Assembly (NCBI GenBank): GCA_902558225.1
Contig: CACEDG010000002.1
Location: 21,661-85,660 of the forward strand
DNA from: an uncultured Pelagibacteraceae bacterium
GTDB lineage: Bacteria; Pseudomonadota; Alphaproteobacteria; Pelagibacterales; Pelagibacteraceae
DNA length: 64,000 nucleotides
Direction of reading: 5' to 3'
The stretch's first letter is position 1. The number at the start of each line of letters is the position of its first letter. Below, piece after piece: positions 38,195 through 49,944 of the stretch. The notes beneath the pieces were generated by a model. It was not told the DNA's origin, searched no databases, and saw nothing but the letters and a program-made list of their open reading frames with translations. The position numbers were made by a program, and so were the translations under genes.

Positions 38195-38613
38195 CTTTCT
38201 CTCTTAAATTTTTCAATTTTTTTGCATGTAGAAATTTTTGATATACCTTCCTCATCATTTAAAACTGTTTTAATATAAATTTCTTGTTTTCCTTTTTCGA
38301 ATAAAATTTGAGTATAAAATTGTGGATAGCCATGTTTATGTGTCAAGATTTTACCATCCTCCTCATAGATATTTCTTACGTATGTATTTGATTTTTTAAC
38401 ACTAAGATCTGTTAACCTATATTTTTGATAGGTTTTTTCTTTATACACATAATTTCTCGTCATAATTAATTCATTAAGATTAAAAATATACTCATTTTTT
38501 AAAAATTCGTCTTGCTTATCATCACAAGCACTTAAAATTATTATTTCTGATTTCAAACTTTGAATGGGGAAAATTATTAATAAAAGAAAAATTAATGATT
38601 TAATTTTTCTCAT
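38191..38613 (-). CDS. Hypothetical exported protein
   Basis: 140-aa ORF with signal-peptide-like N-terminus and two Cys. Confidence 0.7.
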   Translation of the reverse strand: MRKIKSLIFLLLIIFPIQSLKSEIIILSACDDKQDEFLKNEYIFNLNELIMTRNYVYKEKTYQKYRLTDLSVKKSNTYVRNIYEEDGKILTHKHGYPQFYTQILFEKGKQEIYIKTVLNDEEGISKISTCKKIEKFKRES

Positions 38614-38773
38614 TTTTTTCTGAAAAAAAAATACCTATTAGAAGTAGAGCAGTCCATCCTAATCCTAATAAACCCTTAAAAACACTTGTATCAGCACTCC
38701 AAATTTTTAGAACCAAAGCTCCAATTATAAGTCCAATTATATATATAATTATGACTATAGATGTTTTGCTCAT
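38600..38773 (-). CDS. 57-aa two-TM small membrane protein
   Basis: Manual translation MSKTSIVIIIYIIGLIIGALVLKIWSADTSVFKGLLGLGWTALLLIGIFFSEKNEKN; stop overlaps the next gene's start region. Confidence 0.6.
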   Translation of the reverse strand: MSKTSIVIIIYIIGLIIGALVLKIWSADTSVFKGLLGLGWTALLLIGIFFSEKNEKN

Positions 38774-38911
38774 TTATTTATTTTCTTTTTATCAAGTCCA
38801 GTTATACAAAATACAAACACAAAGTGAAATTATTATATGAAAATTAATACAATTCACAATAATTGTCGTTGGACAAATAGTTTCAATAATATATAAAACC
38901 TCTAAATTTGT

Positions 38912-38996
38912 GGGGCGATGGCGGAATTGGTAGACGCGTCGGTCTTAGGAACCGATAGAGCAATCTGTGAAGGTTCGAGTCCTTTTCGCCCTACCA
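38912..38996 (+). tRNA. tRNA-Leu(TAG)
   Basis: GGGGCGA/TCGCCCT acceptor stem, anticodon loop CTTAGGA, long variable arm, GTTCGAGT, encoded CCA. Confidence 0.95.
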
Positions 38997-39006
38997 TTAA
39001 TTAATT

Positions 39007-40440
39007 ATGAAAGTTACCGTAGAAAATAAAAAAGGTCTTAATAAAGACGTAAAAGTATTTGTTGATAAAAAAACAATAAATTCTTATATGGATGAAAAGT
39101 ATGAGGAAATAAAAGATACTGTAAATCTAAAAGGTTTTAGACCCGGGAAAGTTCCGAGAGAAATTTTAAAAAGACAATTTGGTAAAGCAATTTTTAGTGA
39201 GGTTTTAGATAAGGTTTTAAAGGATACGACTACAAAAGCACTTGAAGAAAATAGAATTAAACCAGCTGGTCAGCCAAAACTTGATCTTAAAACTTATGGT
39301 GAAGATAAAGATCTTGAGTATGTAATTTCTGTTACTGAACTTCCTAAAGTTGAATTGAAATCAATTGATAATTTAAAGTTTGATGAATACATCGTAAAGA
39401 TTGACTCAACAGAGGCTGATCAAAGAATAAAAGATATTGCAAAAAATCAACCAAATTTTAAAGATGCTCCTAATAATGCTAAAGCTTCTGACAAAGACCT
39501 AGTAATTTTTGATTATACAGCAACTGTTGATGGCAAAGCTTTTAAAGGAGGAGAGGGAAAAAATACTCAATTAACATTAGGTAAAGATTTATTTTTGAAA
39601 GGGTTCGATAAACAATTAATTGGCGTCAAAAAAGATGATGAAAAAGTAGTTGAAGCTGTATTGCCTGAAAATTTTCCAGAAAAAGATTTAATAAATAAAG
39701 TTGCAAAATTTAGTTGTAAAATTACCAGTGTGAAAAAACCTGAGGAAACAAAAATTGATGATGAATTTGCAAAAAACTTAGGTGCTAAAGATTTAAATGA
39801 TTTAAAATCTTTAATTACAAAACAAATAAATGATGAATATAAAAATTCTTTAGACAGACTTACTAAAAATCAAATAATTAAAGAACTTGAAAAATTCAAA
39901 GTAAATGAAATACCAGAAAATTTGATTGAGGAAGAAGTGAAAATTTTATCTCAAGGTATGTCAGATGAAGATTCAAAAAACAGTAGAAAAAACTTTGAAG
40001 AAATAGCTAAAAAAAGAATTAAAGTTGGTTTAATATTGAACGAGTTTGGAGAGCAAAACAAAATTAAAGTTACCGAACAAGAGATACAAACAGAAATTCA
40101 AAAACAAGTTAGAATGATGCCAGGACAAGAAAAAATGGTAATGGATTTTTATCAAAAAAATCCTTCAGCTATTGCAAGCTTGAGAGGCACTGTTTATGAA
40201 GAAAAAATTATTAGTCTTCTTAAAGAAAAGGCAAAGTCTAATAAAAAAGAAATTTCAAAAAATGAAGCAGAAAAAATTCTTAAAGATTCTCAAAAACAAG
40301 AGCTTGATCAAGAACTGAAGGATCAGAGAAAACCAAAAAAAAAGAATGATGAAAAAAAACTAACAGAGAACAAAAGTCAGTCAAAGCCAAAAAAAGCAAA
40401 AACAATTACCAAAAAAACAAAAAAAGTTAGCAAAAAGTAA
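39007..40440 (+). CDS. tig: Trigger factor
   Basis: GFRPGKVP signature, FKBP-like middle domain; upstream of clpP. Confidence 0.96.
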   Translation: MKVTVENKKGLNKDVKVFVDKKTINSYMDEKYEEIKDTVNLKGFRPGKVPREILKRQFGKAIFSEVLDKVLKDTTTKALEENRIKPAGQPKLDLKTYGEDKDLEYVISVTELPKVELKSIDNLKFDEYIVKIDSTEADQRIKDIAKNQPNFKDAPNNAKASDKDLVIFDYTATVDGKAFKGGEGKNTQLTLGKDLFLKGFDKQLIGVKKDDEKVVEAVLPENFPEKDLINKVAKFSCKITSVKKPEETKIDDEFAKNLGAKDLNDLKSLITKQINDEYKNSLDRLTKNQIIKELEKFKVNEIPENLIEEEVKILSQGMSDEDSKNSRKNFEEIAKKRIKVGLILNEFGEQNKIKVTEQEIQTEIQKQVRMMPGQEKMVMDFYQKNPSAIASLRGTVYEEKIISLLKEKAKSNKKEISKNEAEKILKDSQKQELDQELKDQRKPKKKNDEKKLTENKSQSKPKKAKTITKKTKKVSKK

Positions 40441-40472
40441 TCTCAAGTTGTATAAGTAAAACGAATCAACTT

Positions 40473-41084
40473 ATGACAAATAAAATATCTGAACATATGA
40501 GCACCTTAGTTCCAATGGTGGTTGAGCAATCTAATAAAGGAGAGAGAGCATATGATATTTATTCAAGGTTACTAAAAGAAAGAATAATTTTTTTAACTGG
40601 TCAAATAAATGATAACGTCGCATCATTAGTTACTGCACAACTTCTTTTTTTAGAGGCCGAAGACCCAAAAAAAGAAATTTATTTATATATTAATAGTCCA
40701 GGTGGATTAGTAACAGCAGGTCTTGGAATTTATGATACAATGCAATATGTTAAACCTGATATCTCTACTTTGTGTATTGGTCAAGCTGCATCAATGGGCT
40801 CATTTTTACTTTCAGCAGGAACGAAAGGAAAAAGATTTTCCTTACCAAACTCAAGAATTATGGTTCATCAACCCTCTGCTGGTTTTCAAGGACAGGCAAC
40901 TGACATAGAGATCCATGCTAATGAAGTATTATCTCTAAAAAAAAGATTGAATGAGATTTACTCTAAACATACTGGCAAGTCAGTTGAGGATATAAAATCT
41001 GCACTTGAAAGAGATAATTTTATGACTGCTGATGCTGCAAAGTCTTTTGGTTTAATAGATGAAGTGGTAGAAAAAAGATCTTAA
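40473..41084 (+). CDS. clpP: ATP-dependent Clp protease proteolytic subunit
   Basis: [29 protein letters not shown]. Confidence 0.97.
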   Translation: MTNKISEHMSTLVPMVVEQSNKGERAYDIYSRLLKERIIFLTGQINDNVASLVTAQLLFLEAEDPKKEIYLYINSPGGLVTAGLGIYDTMQYVKPDISTLCIGQAASMGSFLLSAGTKGKRFSLPNSRIMVHQPSAGFQGQATDIEIHANEVLSLKKRLNEIYSKHTGKSVEDIKSALERDNFMTADAAKSFGLIDEVVEKRS

Positions 41085-41172
41085 TACACAAGATATTGAC
41101 ATCTCATAATAGTAACTTGATTAGTATTAGATAACTATAATAAAGTATCTTAATTGATTCGTTTTATAAATT

Positions 41173-42441
41173 ATGAACACAAATAATAAAAATATTTTAT
41201 ATTGCTCTTTTTGTGGAAAAAGCCAGCACGAGGTAAGGAAACTTATTGCAGGTCCAACAGTTTTTATCTGTGATGAGTGTGTGGAGCTTTGTATGGATAT
41301 TATTAAAGAGGAGAGCAAAGATACTTTTGTTAAGCATCAAGACGGCCTTCCGTCACCTAAAGAAATTTGTTCTGTCTTAGACGATTATGTAATTGGCCAG
41401 TCTCACGCAAAAAAAGTTTTATCTGTGGCTGTGCACAATCATTATAAAAGACTAAATTATGAAAATAAAACTAGTAAAAATGTTGAGTTAGCAAAATCAA
41501 ATATTCTTCTAGTTGGGCCTACTGGTTGTGGAAAAACTTTGTTAGCACAAACACTTGCGAGAATTCTAGATGTTCCTTTTACTATGGCTGATGCAACAAC
41601 TTTAACAGAAGCTGGTTATGTGGGTGAGGATGTAGAAAATATTATTTTGAAATTATTACAGGCTGCAGATTACAACGTAGAAAAAGCGCAAAGAGGGATC
41701 GTTTACATAGATGAAGTAGATAAGATAAGTAGAAAATCTGAGAATCCTTCAATTACAAGAGATGTATCAGGAGAAGGTGTTCAGCAAGCCTTACTAAAAA
41801 TTATGGAGGGAACAATTGCTAGTGTACCTCCACAAGGTGGTAGAAAACATCCTCAACAAGAATTTTTACAGGTTGATACAACAAATATTTTATTTATTTG
41901 TGGTGGTGCTTTTGCTGGTTTAGATAAAATAATATCTCAACGAGACAAAGGAACTTCAATTGGATTTGGTGCTGATGTGAAGAATACTCAAGATAAAAAA
42001 ACAGGTGAGTGGATGAAAGGTTTAGAACCTGAAGATTTATTAAAATATGGTTTAATACCTGAATTTATTGGAAGACTTCCAATGATTGCAACTTTGGAGG
42101 ATTTAGATGAAAAATCCTTAATAAAAATACTTCAAGAGCCAAAAAATTCACTTACTAAACAATATCAAGAATTATTTAAACTAGATGGCGCGAAACTTAT
42201 ATTTAAAGATAATGCTTTAAAAGAAATTGCATTAAAAGCTATAAGAAAAAAAACTGGTGCTAGAGGACTAAGATCGATTCTGGAAAATATTTTGTTAAAA
42301 ACAATGTATGATCTTCCGAGTCAAGATAATATTGAAGAGGTAATAGTTGACGCTTCAGCTGTTAAAGGCCAATCACAACCAATTATCGTACATTCGAAAA
42401 CTGATAGTAAGTCCAAGACAAATAAGACAACAGCGGCTTAA
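41173..42441 (+). CDS. clpX: Clp protease ATP-binding subunit
   Basis: CSFCGK..ICDEC zinc finger, [19 protein letters not shown] loop. Confidence 0.97.
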   Translation: MNTNNKNILYCSFCGKSQHEVRKLIAGPTVFICDECVELCMDIIKEESKDTFVKHQDGLPSPKEICSVLDDYVIGQSHAKKVLSVAVHNHYKRLNYENKTSKNVELAKSNILLVGPTGCGKTLLAQTLARILDVPFTMADATTLTEAGYVGEDVENIILKLLQAADYNVEKAQRGIVYIDEVDKISRKSENPSITRDVSGEGVQQALLKIMEGTIASVPPQGGRKHPQQEFLQVDTTNILFICGGAFAGLDKIISQRDKGTSIGFGADVKNTQDKKTGEWMKGLEPEDLLKYGLIPEFIGRLPMIATLEDLDEKSLIKILQEPKNSLTKQYQELFKLDGAKLIFKDNALKEIALKAIRKKTGARGLRSILENILLKTMYDLPSQDNIEEVIVDASAVKGQSQPIIVHSKTDSKSKTNKTTAA

Positions 42442-42467
42442 TATCCTTAATAAATAGCAAAAAGGTA

Positions 42468-42494
42468 TTGCAAAATAGATTATAATATCCATAT
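42468..42494 (+). promoter_or_regulatory. Putative RpoH (sigma32)-type promoter of lon
   Basis: TTG (42468-42470)-N18-CCATAT (42489-42494), 7 nt before the lon ATG; resembles the alphaproteobacterial RpoH consensus. Confidence 0.4.
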
Positions 42495-42501
42495 TTATTG
42501 A

Positions 42502-44880
42502 ATGGAAATTAAATTATCATCACCTCTATTACCACTCAGAGATATTGTGGTTTTTCCAAGTATGGTTATCCCACTGTTTGTAGGAAGAGACAAATCAATA
42601 TCTGCTCTAAATGAGGTAATGAAAAAAGATAAAAAGATTATCTTAGTAACTCAAAAAAATTCAGAAATTGATGATCCAAAAAAAACAGATATATTTATGT
42701 ACGGGTGTGAAGGAAGTATTCTTCAATTATTAAAATTACCTGATGGAACAGTTAAAGTTTTAGTTGAAGGAAAAAAAAGAGTAAAAATTCTAGATTTCAA
42801 GGATAATGAAAAATTTATTACTTGTGATTACAGTGTAAATAAGGATTTAGTAAGCAATGAGGAAGATTTATATCCATTAGCTGCAACAGCTCTGAGAAGG
42901 CTTGAAAAACTTACATCAATAAATAAAAAAATATCTAATGAAACAATAGAAACTATTAAACAATTAAAAGATCCTTCTCAAATAGCAGATAATATCGCAT
43001 CCCATATCACAGCGACGATTTCGGAAAAACAGCAAATTTTTGAAACAGTTGACGTCAAAAAAAGATTGAATGCAATTATTAAAATTATGGAAAATGAAAC
43101 TAGCATAATTGGCGTAGAGAAAAGAATTAGAGGGAGAGTTAAAACTCAAATGGAAAAAACTCAGAGGGAATATTACTTAAATGAGCAACTTAAAGCTATT
43201 CAAAAAGAATTAGGGGAAATAGAAGATGGAAAAGACGAAAGCACGAGTTTAAATAAATCCATTTTAAAAGCTAAGATGCCAAAAGAAGTTGAAAAGAAAT
43301 GTTTACAGGAACTTAAAAAATTAAAAAATATGAGCCCAATGTCTGCTGAGGCAACTGTAGTGAGAAATTATTTAGATTGGATGATAGAACTTCCTTGGCA
43401 TAAAAAAAGTGAGGTTGATATAGATTTAAAAAAAGCTTTAAATGTTTTAGATAAAGATCATTTTGGTCTGGAGAAAATTAAAGAGAGAATTGTTGAATTT
43501 CTAGCTGTCCAAAAACGAATGGAAAAAATTAAAGGTCCAATTTTATGTCTTGTGGGCCCCCCTGGTGTTGGTAAAACATCTTTGGGAAAATCAATTGCGA
43601 AAGCAACTAATAGAGAGTTTGTGAGAATGTCAGTTGGTGGTATGCGTGATGAGGCTGAGATAAGAGGACATAGAAGAACTTATATTGGATCACTACCTGG
43701 TAAAATTATTCAAATGATGAAAAAAGCTGGCACTAAAAACCCATTAATATTGCTAGATGAAATTGACAAAATTGGTAATGATTATAGAGGAGATCCATCA
43801 TCTGCTTTACTAGAGGCTTTAGATCCAGAACAAAACACATCATTTAACGATCATTATCTCGAAGTAGATTATGATTTATCTGATGTAATGTTTGTAACAA
43901 CAGCAAATACTTTAAATATACTGCCACCTCTTTTAGATCGGATGGAGGTTATAAGACTTGCTGGGTATACCGAGGATGAAAAAATTAATATTGCTAATAA
44001 ATTTTTACTTCCAAAACAAATTAAGGATAACGGTGTAAAAGATGCAGAGATGAAACTAGGTAATGATATTATTAAAGAAATAATTAGAAGTTACACGAAA
44101 GAATCTGGAGTAAGAAATTTAGAGAGAGAGATTTCTAAAATTGCAAGAAAAGTAGTTAAAAAAGTTGTTGCAGGTGAAGAAAAAGAAGTCAACATTGATA
44201 ACAAAAATTTGTCAGACTTTTTAGGTGTTCCAAAATTTAAATCAGGTGAATTAGAAACTGAGGATAGAATTGGTATTGTCACTGGACTTGCTTGGACTGA
44301 ATATGGTGGAGAGATTTTAAAAATTGAGACTGCTACAATGCCTGGAAAAGGTAGAATGCAAATAACAGGAAAGTTAGGTGATGTGATGCAAGAGTCGGTC
44401 AAAGCTGCAAAATCTTTCGTTAGATCTAAATGTTTAGAATATGGAATTATACCGCCGGTATTTGAAAAAAAGGATTTCCATATTCATGTTCCAGAGGGAG
44501 CTACTCCAAAAGATGGACCATCAGCTGGTATAGGAATGGTGACTTCTATAGTGTCGTCTATAACAAAAATACCAGTTAAAAGAGATGTGGCGATGACAGG
44601 AGAAGTTACATTAACTGGACAAGTGCTTGCTATAGGTGGATTGAAAGAAAAACTGCTAGCGGCTCATAGAGCAGGAATTAAACAAGTTTTAATACCAAAA
44701 GAAAATGAAAAAGATTTAGTTGATATGCCTAAAAAAATTATTGATGAAATTAAAATTACCCCTGTTGAGTTCGCAGATGAAGTTTTAAAAATTGCTCTTA
44801 CTAAAGAGTTGAAAAAAACTGAGTGGGTTGAAGTAGATTTATCTAAAAAAGATGATAAATCCCAAGCAAGTATTCAATAA
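42502..44880 (+). CDS. lon: Lon protease
   Basis: LPLRDIVVFP, GPPGVGKTS, PKDGPSAG, IGGLKEK. Confidence 0.97.
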   Translation: MEIKLSSPLLPLRDIVVFPSMVIPLFVGRDKSISALNEVMKKDKKIILVTQKNSEIDDPKKTDIFMYGCEGSILQLLKLPDGTVKVLVEGKKRVKILDFKDNEKFITCDYSVNKDLVSNEEDLYPLAATALRRLEKLTSINKKISNETIETIKQLKDPSQIADNIASHITATISEKQQIFETVDVKKRLNAIIKIMENETSIIGVEKRIRGRVKTQMEKTQREYYLNEQLKAIQKELGEIEDGKDESTSLNKSILKAKMPKEVEKKCLQELKKLKNMSPMSAEATVVRNYLDWMIELPWHKKSEVDIDLKKALNVLDKDHFGLEKIKERIVEFLAVQKRMEKIKGPILCLVGPPGVGKTSLGKSIAKATNREFVRMSVGGMRDEAEIRGHRRTYIGSLPGKIIQMMKKAGTKNPLILLDEIDKIGNDYRGDPSSALLEALDPEQNTSFNDHYLEVDYDLSDVMFVTTANTLNILPPLLDRMEVIRLAGYTEDEKINIANKFLLPKQIKDNGVKDAEMKLGNDIIKEIIRSYTKESGVRNLEREISKIARKVVKKVVAGEEKEVNIDNKNLSDFLGVPKFKSGELETEDRIGIVTGLAWTEYGGEILKIETATMPGKGRMQITGKLGDVMQESVKAAKSFVRSKCLEYGIIPPVFEKKDFHIHVPEGATPKDGPSAGIGMVTSIVSSITKIPVKRDVAMTGEVTLTGQVLAIGGLKEKLLAAHRAGIKQVLIPKENEKDLVDMPKKIIDEIKITPVEFADEVLKIALTKELKKTEWVEVDLSKKDDKSQASIQ

Positions 44881-44887
44881 ATTTTTT

Positions 44888-45007
44888 ATGGAACTATATA
44901 TCATTTTATTAATTGTAATTTTTATTACCTATTACTTGACTAGACCCACATCAAAAATAGAGAAAGATAATTTTAGCTCCAAAAATAATTGGAGGGGTGG
45001 ATTCTAA
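44888..45007 (+). CDS. 39-aa single-TM microprotein (paralogue of 16019..16138)
   Basis: Manual translation MELYIILLIVIFITYYLTRPTSKIEKDNFSSKNNWRGGF; 7 nt after the lon stop. Confidence 0.6.
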   Translation: MELYIILLIVIFITYYLTRPTSKIEKDNFSSKNNWRGGF

Positions 45008-45041
45008 AAGATTTTCTAATATTTACACCAACTAATAAATC

Positions 45042-45069
45042 TTGACCTTAAATTACTAAAAGATATAAC
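45042..45069 (+). promoter_or_regulatory. Sigma70-like promoter for tRNA-Val/tRNA-Asp
   Basis: TTGACC (45042-45047), 16 nt, TATAAC (45064-45069). Confidence 0.5.
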
Positions 45070-45084
45070 CACTATTTTGGTTAT

Positions 45085-45160
45085 GGGCGGTTAGCTCAGT
45101 TGGTAGAGCATCTCGTTTACACCGAGGGGGTCAAAGGTTCGAGTCCTTTACTGCCCACCA
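45085..45160 (+). tRNA. tRNA-Val(TAC)
   Basis: GGGCGGT/ACTGCCC stem, loop TTTACAC, GTTCGAGT, CCA. Confidence 0.96.
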
Positions 45161-45174
45161 AAAGAATCAAAAGT

Positions 45175-45251
45175 GGGGGTGTAGCTCAGTTGGTTAGAGC
45201 GATCGCCTGTCACGCGATAGGTCGAGGGTTCGAGTCCCTTCACTCCCGCCA
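45175..45251 (+). tRNA. tRNA-Asp(GTC)
   Basis: GGGGGTG/CACTCCC stem, loop CTGTCAC, G discriminator, CCA. Confidence 0.96.
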
Positions 45252-45268
45252 CTTCTTAAGTTAAAAGC

Positions 45269-45283
45269 TGATAATTGTTATCA
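45269..45283. promoter_or_regulatory. Fur-box-like 7-1-7 palindrome upstream of nuoA
   Basis: TGATAAT-T-GTTATCA; TATAAT at 45302-45307 downstream. Confidence 0.4.
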
Positions 45284-45357
45284 ATAGAGCTGTATATTTT
45301 GTATAATGTGACCTAACACCACTTCATCTAGCTATAAAAAATGATATATATTCCACC

Positions 45358-45726
45358 ATGACTGCGGAATTTTTAAAAGATTATTTACCAATAATTTTGT
45401 TCTTAATTATAGCATTAGGACTAAGTTGTGCGTTTATAGTAATTAATTTTATCTTATCACCAAAAAATCCAGATCCAGAGAAGTTATCTGCTTATGAATG
45501 CGGATTTGAACCCTTTCAAGACTCTAGAATGGAATTTGATGTGAGGTTCTATTTAGTTGCAATATTATTTATAATTTTTGATCTTGAAATCGCTTTTTTA
45601 TTTCCTTGGGCAATCTCTTTAGGAAATATTGGTATCTTAGGTTTTACGTCAATGATGATTTTTTTATTCATTCTAACAATTGGATTTATCTATGAATGGA
45701 AAAAAGGTGCATTAGACTGGGAATAA
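45358..45726 (+). CDS. nuoA: NADH-quinone oxidoreductase subunit A
   Basis: [26 protein letters not shown]. Confidence 0.96.
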   Translation: MTAEFLKDYLPIILFLIIALGLSCAFIVINFILSPKNPDPEKLSAYECGFEPFQDSRMEFDVRFYLVAILFIIFDLEIAFLFPWAISLGNIGILGFTSMMIFLFILTIGFIYEWKKGALDWE

Positions 45727-45736
45727 AATTTTTTGA

Positions 45737-46252
45737 ATGAACAATAGATTAGATCAAGTACCTGAAGAATTCAAGCAACTCGCAGAGGATTTTGGCAAAA
45801 ATGGTTTTATAACCACTTCATTAGAGAATTTAGTGAATTGGTCGAGATCTGGATCTTTACATTGGATGACTTTTGGTCTTGCTTGTTGCGCTGTCGAAAT
45901 GATGCAAACAGCAATGCCAAGATATGATCTTGAGAGATTTGGTGCTGCCCCAAGAGGATCACCTAGACAATCAGATGTAATGATTGTTGCGGGAACTTTA
46001 ACAAACAAAATGGCTCCTGCTTTAAGAAAGGTTTATGATCAAATGCCAGAACCAAGGTATGTCATATCAATGGGAAGTTGTGCAAACGGTGGAGGTTATT
46101 ATCATTACTCATATTCTGTGGTTAGAGGTTGTGATCGTATAGTACCTGTTGATGTATACGTTCCAGGTTGCCCACCTTCAGCTGAGGCATTGTTGTATGG
46201 AATAATGCAATTACAAAAAAAAATTAGAAACAAAGGTTCTTTCAAGAGGTAA
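45737..46252 (+). CDS. nuoB: NADH-quinone oxidoreductase subunit B
   Basis: [25 protein letters not shown]. Confidence 0.96.
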   Translation: MNNRLDQVPEEFKQLAEDFGKNGFITTSLENLVNWSRSGSLHWMTFGLACCAVEMMQTAMPRYDLERFGAAPRGSPRQSDVMIVAGTLTNKMAPALRKVYDQMPEPRYVISMGSCANGGGYYHYSYSVVRGCDRIVPVDVYVPGCPPSAEALLYGIMQLQKKIRNKGSFKR

Positions 46253-46253
46253 A

Positions 46254-46859
46254 ATGAATAATTTAATTGATTTAGAAAAAAAAATTAATTCGGAATTAAC
46301 TACTAAGATCAATAAGACTTCGATTAAACATAATCAAATTTATGTTGAAATTGATAAAGAAGATCTGATTGATGTTGTTTTATTCATAAAAACAAATAAG
46401 GATATTAAATTTAGACAACTTATCGATATTACAGTTGTAGATTATCCTGAAGAAACTCAAAGGTTTAAAATTGTATATTTATTTCTAAGTCATGAGTTTA
46501 ATCACAGATTGATTTTAAGTTATACTATAAATGAAAAAGAACTTATATCTTCTCTTACTTCTATATTTCCATCAGCAAATTGGATGGAAAGAGAAGTGTT
46601 TGATATGTATGGAGTGAATTTTAAAGATCATCCTGATTTAAGAAGAATATTGACTGATTATGGTTTTGAGGGTCATCCTTTAAGAAAAGATTTCCCTTTA
46701 ACAGGCCATTCAGAAGTAAGGTATAGTGAAGAGAAGAAAAAAGTAATTAACGAGCCAGTCAAATTAGAGCAAAATTATAGAAATTTTGATTACGAAAGTC
46801 CTTGGGAAGGGACAAAATATATTAAAGAAATATCTGAAATTAATGACAAAAAAAATTAA
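46254..46859 (+). CDS. nuoC: NADH-quinone oxidoreductase subunit C
   Basis: [19 protein letters not shown]. Confidence 0.95.
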   Translation: MNNLIDLEKKINSELTTKINKTSIKHNQIYVEIDKEDLIDVVLFIKTNKDIKFRQLIDITVVDYPEETQRFKIVYLFLSHEFNHRLILSYTINEKELISSLTSIFPSANWMEREVFDMYGVNFKDHPDLRRILTDYGFEGHPLRKDFPLTGHSEVRYSEEKKKVINEPVKLEQNYRNFDYESPWEGTKYIKEISEINDKKN

Positions 46860-48018
46860 AAATTTAAATTTAAATTTTGGTCCACAACATCCTGCTGCGC
46901 ATGGTGTTCTAAGACTAATATTAGAGCTTGATGGTGAAGTAGTAGAGAAAGCAGATCCTCACATTGGCTTATTGCATAGAGGAACAGAAAAATTAATTGA
47001 AAATAAAACATATATGCAAGCTGTACCATATTTCGATCGACTTGATTATGTTGCACCAATGAACCAAGAACATGCATTTGCATTAGCTATTGAAAAAATT
47101 TTAAATATCGATGTTCCAATTAGAGCACAATATATAAGAGTTATGTTTTGTGAAATTGGAAGAATTTTAAGTCACATATTAAATGTTACTACTCAAGCTT
47201 TAGATGTAGGCGCTTTAACTCCATCGTTATGGGGATTTGAGGAAAGAGAGACTTTGATGACTTTTTATGAAAGAGTATCAGGATCGAGATTACATGCTAA
47301 TTATTTCAGGGCCGGTGGTGTTCATCAAGATTTACCAGCTGGTCTAGAAAATGACATAGCAAAATTTTGCGAGAGCTTCCCAAAAATAATAAATGATCTT
47401 GAGAACCTTTTAACCGATAACAGAATATTTAAACAAAGAAACGTTGATATAGGCGTGGTAACTAAAGATGATGCATTAAATTACTCTTTTAGTGGTGTTA
47501 TGATTAGAGGTTCTGGCATACCATGGGATCTTAGAAAATCTCAACCTTACGATTGTTACGGCCAGTTAGAATTTAAAATCCCTATAGGAAAAAATGGTGA
47601 TTGTTATGATAGATATTTATGTAGAATTGAGGAAATGAAAGAAAGTGTTTCTATTATTAAGCAATGTTTATCAAAAATGGAGAAAGGACCAATAAAAACA
47701 TTTGATGGTAAAATATCCCCACCATCAAAAAAAGAAATTAAACAATCAATGGAAGCATTAATACATCATTTTAAATTATTCACTGAAGGATATCGTGTAC
47801 CCAAGGATGAAATTTATACCGCTGTTGAGGCACCCAAAGGTGAATTTGGTGTATATTTGATTTCAGATGGTTCTAGTAAACCATATAAATGTAAAATCCG
47901 AGCACCAGGATTTTCACATTTACAATCAATGGATTATTTAATAAAGGGTCATATGTTAGCAGACGTTCCTGCTGTACTTGGTTCTCTTGATATTGTTTTT
48001 GGGGAGGTTGATAGATGA
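46843..48018 (+). CDS. nuoD: NADH-quinone oxidoreductase subunit D
   Basis: [33 protein letters not shown]. Start moved to ATG at 46843. Confidence 0.96.
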   Translation: MTKKIKNLNLNFGPQHPAAHGVLRLILELDGEVVEKADPHIGLLHRGTEKLIENKTYMQAVPYFDRLDYVAPMNQEHAFALAIEKILNIDVPIRAQYIRVMFCEIGRILSHILNVTTQALDVGALTPSLWGFEERETLMTFYERVSGSRLHANYFRAGGVHQDLPAGLENDIAKFCESFPKIINDLENLLTDNRIFKQRNVDIGVVTKDDALNYSFSGVMIRGSGIPWDLRKSQPYDCYGQLEFKIPIGKNGDCYDRYLCRIEEMKESVSIIKQCLSKMEKGPIKTFDGKISPPSKKEIKQSMEALIHHFKLFTEGYRVPKDEIYTAVEAPKGEFGVYLISDGSSKPYKCKIRAPGFSHLQSMDYLIKGHMLADVPAVLGSLDIVFGEVDR

Positions 48019-48623
48019 GTTTAAGAAAGCCAGCAAAAAACCAACCTGAGAATTTTGAATTCAATCCTTCTTCATTAGAGGCAGCAAAAAAAATTGTTGA
48101 TAAATATCCAAAAGGAAAACAACAAAGTGCTGTTATGGCATTACTGTATATTGCTCAAAAACAAAATAACAACTGGATACCTTTAGCTGCAATGAAACAC
48201 ATCGCAAAATTTTTGAAAATGCCTTATATAAAGGTTTATGAGGTGGCTACTTTCTATAGTATGTACAATTTATCACCAGTTGGTAAATATTTTATTCAAG
48301 TGTGCACCACAACTCCGTGTATGATAAGAGGAGCAAATAAAATAGTTGAGGCATGTAAAGAAAAAATATCTGAAAATGAGTCAGAATTATCAAATGATAA
48401 AAGTTGCTCATGGATGGAAGTTGAGTGTCTTGGTGCTTGTGTTAATGCTCCAATGATGCAAATTAATGATGATTATTATGAAGATCTTGATAAAGAAAAG
48501 ACTTTAAAAATTTTAGATAAAATTTTAAGTGGGGAAAAACCGATACCTGGTTCATACAGAGGAAGAATAAATAATGAACCAGAGAATAATAGAAAAACAT
48601 TAATGGATTTAAAAAATGCTTAA
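48015..48623 (+). CDS. nuoE: NADH-quinone oxidoreductase subunit E
   Basis: EVATFY, CTTTPC, ECLGAC. Confidence 0.95.
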   Translation: MSLRKPAKNQPENFEFNPSSLEAAKKIVDKYPKGKQQSAVMALLYIAQKQNNNWIPLAAMKHIAKFLKMPYIKVYEVATFYSMYNLSPVGKYFIQVCTTTPCMIRGANKIVEACKEKISENESELSNDKSCSWMEVECLGACVNAPMMQINDDYYEDLDKEKTLKILDKILSGEKPIPGSYRGRINNEPENNRKTLMDLKNA

Positions 48624-49944
48624 AGATCAAGATAGAATTTTTCAAAACTTATATAATGATTTAGGGCCTGATTTGATTTCATCTCAAAAAAGAGGTGATT
48701 GGGTAAACACTAAAGATATAACAGGTAAAGGCAGAGACTGGATCATAAATGAAATTAAAGACTCACAACTTAGAGGAAGAGGTGGCGCAGGATTTCCAAC
48801 TGGCTTAAAATGGTCATTTGCACCTAAAGAAGTTGGTTCAAGACCCCATTACTTGGTAATTAACGGAGATGAGTCCGAACCAGGTACATGCAAAGACAGA
48901 GATATTTTAAGATTCGAACCTCACAAATTAATTGAAGGATGCTTGATAGCGTCCTTCGCAATTCAAGCTCATGTTTGCTACATTTATATTAGAGGTGAAT
49001 ATTTTATAGACGGGCAAAAACTACAAGCAGCAATTGATGAGGCTTATGAAAAAAAATTATTAGGTAAAAACGCTGCAGGCACAGGATGGGATTTAGATGT
49101 TTATATTCACTATGGAGCTGGTGCTTATATTTGTGGAGAAGAAACAGCATTACTCGAGAGTATTGAGGGAAAAAAAGGTCAACCAAGATTGAAACCTCCT
49201 TTTCCAGCATTAATTGGTCTTTATGGTTGCCCAACGATAATTAATAATGTTGAAACAATAGCAGTAATACCAACAATACTTAGAAGAGGTGGTAAATGGT
49301 TTTCATCTTTAGGAAGGGAAAAAAATACAGGTACTAAAATTTTTTGTATATCTGGGAATGTAAATAACCCATGTAATGTTGAAGAGGAAATGAACATTCC
49401 TTTAAAAGAATTGATTGAGGTTCATGCTGGTGGTGTAATTGGTGGTTGGGAAAATTTACAAGCTGTTATTCCAGGCGGATCATCAATGCCATTAATACCT
49501 AAAGAAAAATGTGAGACATTAACAATGGATTTTGACTCATTAATGGCAGAAAAAAGTGGATTGGGAACAGCTGGGGTTGTTGTAATAAATAAAGATCAAG
49601 ACATCATAAAATGTATGGCTAGGATAGCGAGATTTTACAAACATGAAAGCTGTGGTCAATGCACACCTTGCAGAGAAGGTTCAGGTTGGATGTGGAGAAT
49701 GCTTGAAAGAATGGCAAAAGGAGAAGCATCTAAAGATGAAATAGAAATGCTTGGTGATGTAACAAAACAAATAGAAGGTCATACAATTTGTGCTTTCGGT
49801 GAGGGTTCTTCTTGGCCAGTGCAAGGTTTATTAAGACATTTTAAAGATGAAATTAAAAAAAGAAATAAATTTGATCCAATTGTTAAAGAGAAAAAAAATA
49901 TTCCTTATTTAGTGGATCAACATTTGTTGGATAAAAATGCTTAA
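48616..49944 (+). CDS. nuoF: NADH-quinone oxidoreductase subunit F
   Basis: [34 protein letters not shown]. Confidence 0.96.
   Translation: MLKDQDRIFQNLYNDLGPDLISSQKRGDWVNTKDITGKGRDWIINEIKDSQLRGRGGAGFPTGLKWSFAPKEVGSRPHYLVINGDESEPGTCKDRDILRFEPHKLIEGCLIASFAIQAHVCYIYIRGEYFIDGQKLQAAIDEAYEKKLLGKNAAGTGWDLDVYIHYGAGAYICGEETALLESIEGKKGQPRLKPPFPALIGLYGCPTIINNVETIAVIPTILRRGGKWFSSLGREKNTGTKIFCISGNVNNPCNVEEEMNIPLKELIEVHAGGVIGGWENLQAVIPGGSSMPLIPKEKCETLTMDFDSLMAEKSGLGTAGVVVINKDQDIIKCMARIARFYKHESCGQCTPCREGSGWMWRMLERMAKGEASKDEIEMLGDVTKQIEGHTICAFGEGSSWPVQGLLRHFKDEIKKRNKFDPIVKEKKNIPYLVDQHLLDKNA

Noticed and set aside
38912-45251. Integrative element at tRNA-Leu/Val/Asp
   Set aside because: No integrase and no duplicated tRNA 3' end noticed; the flanks are core genes.
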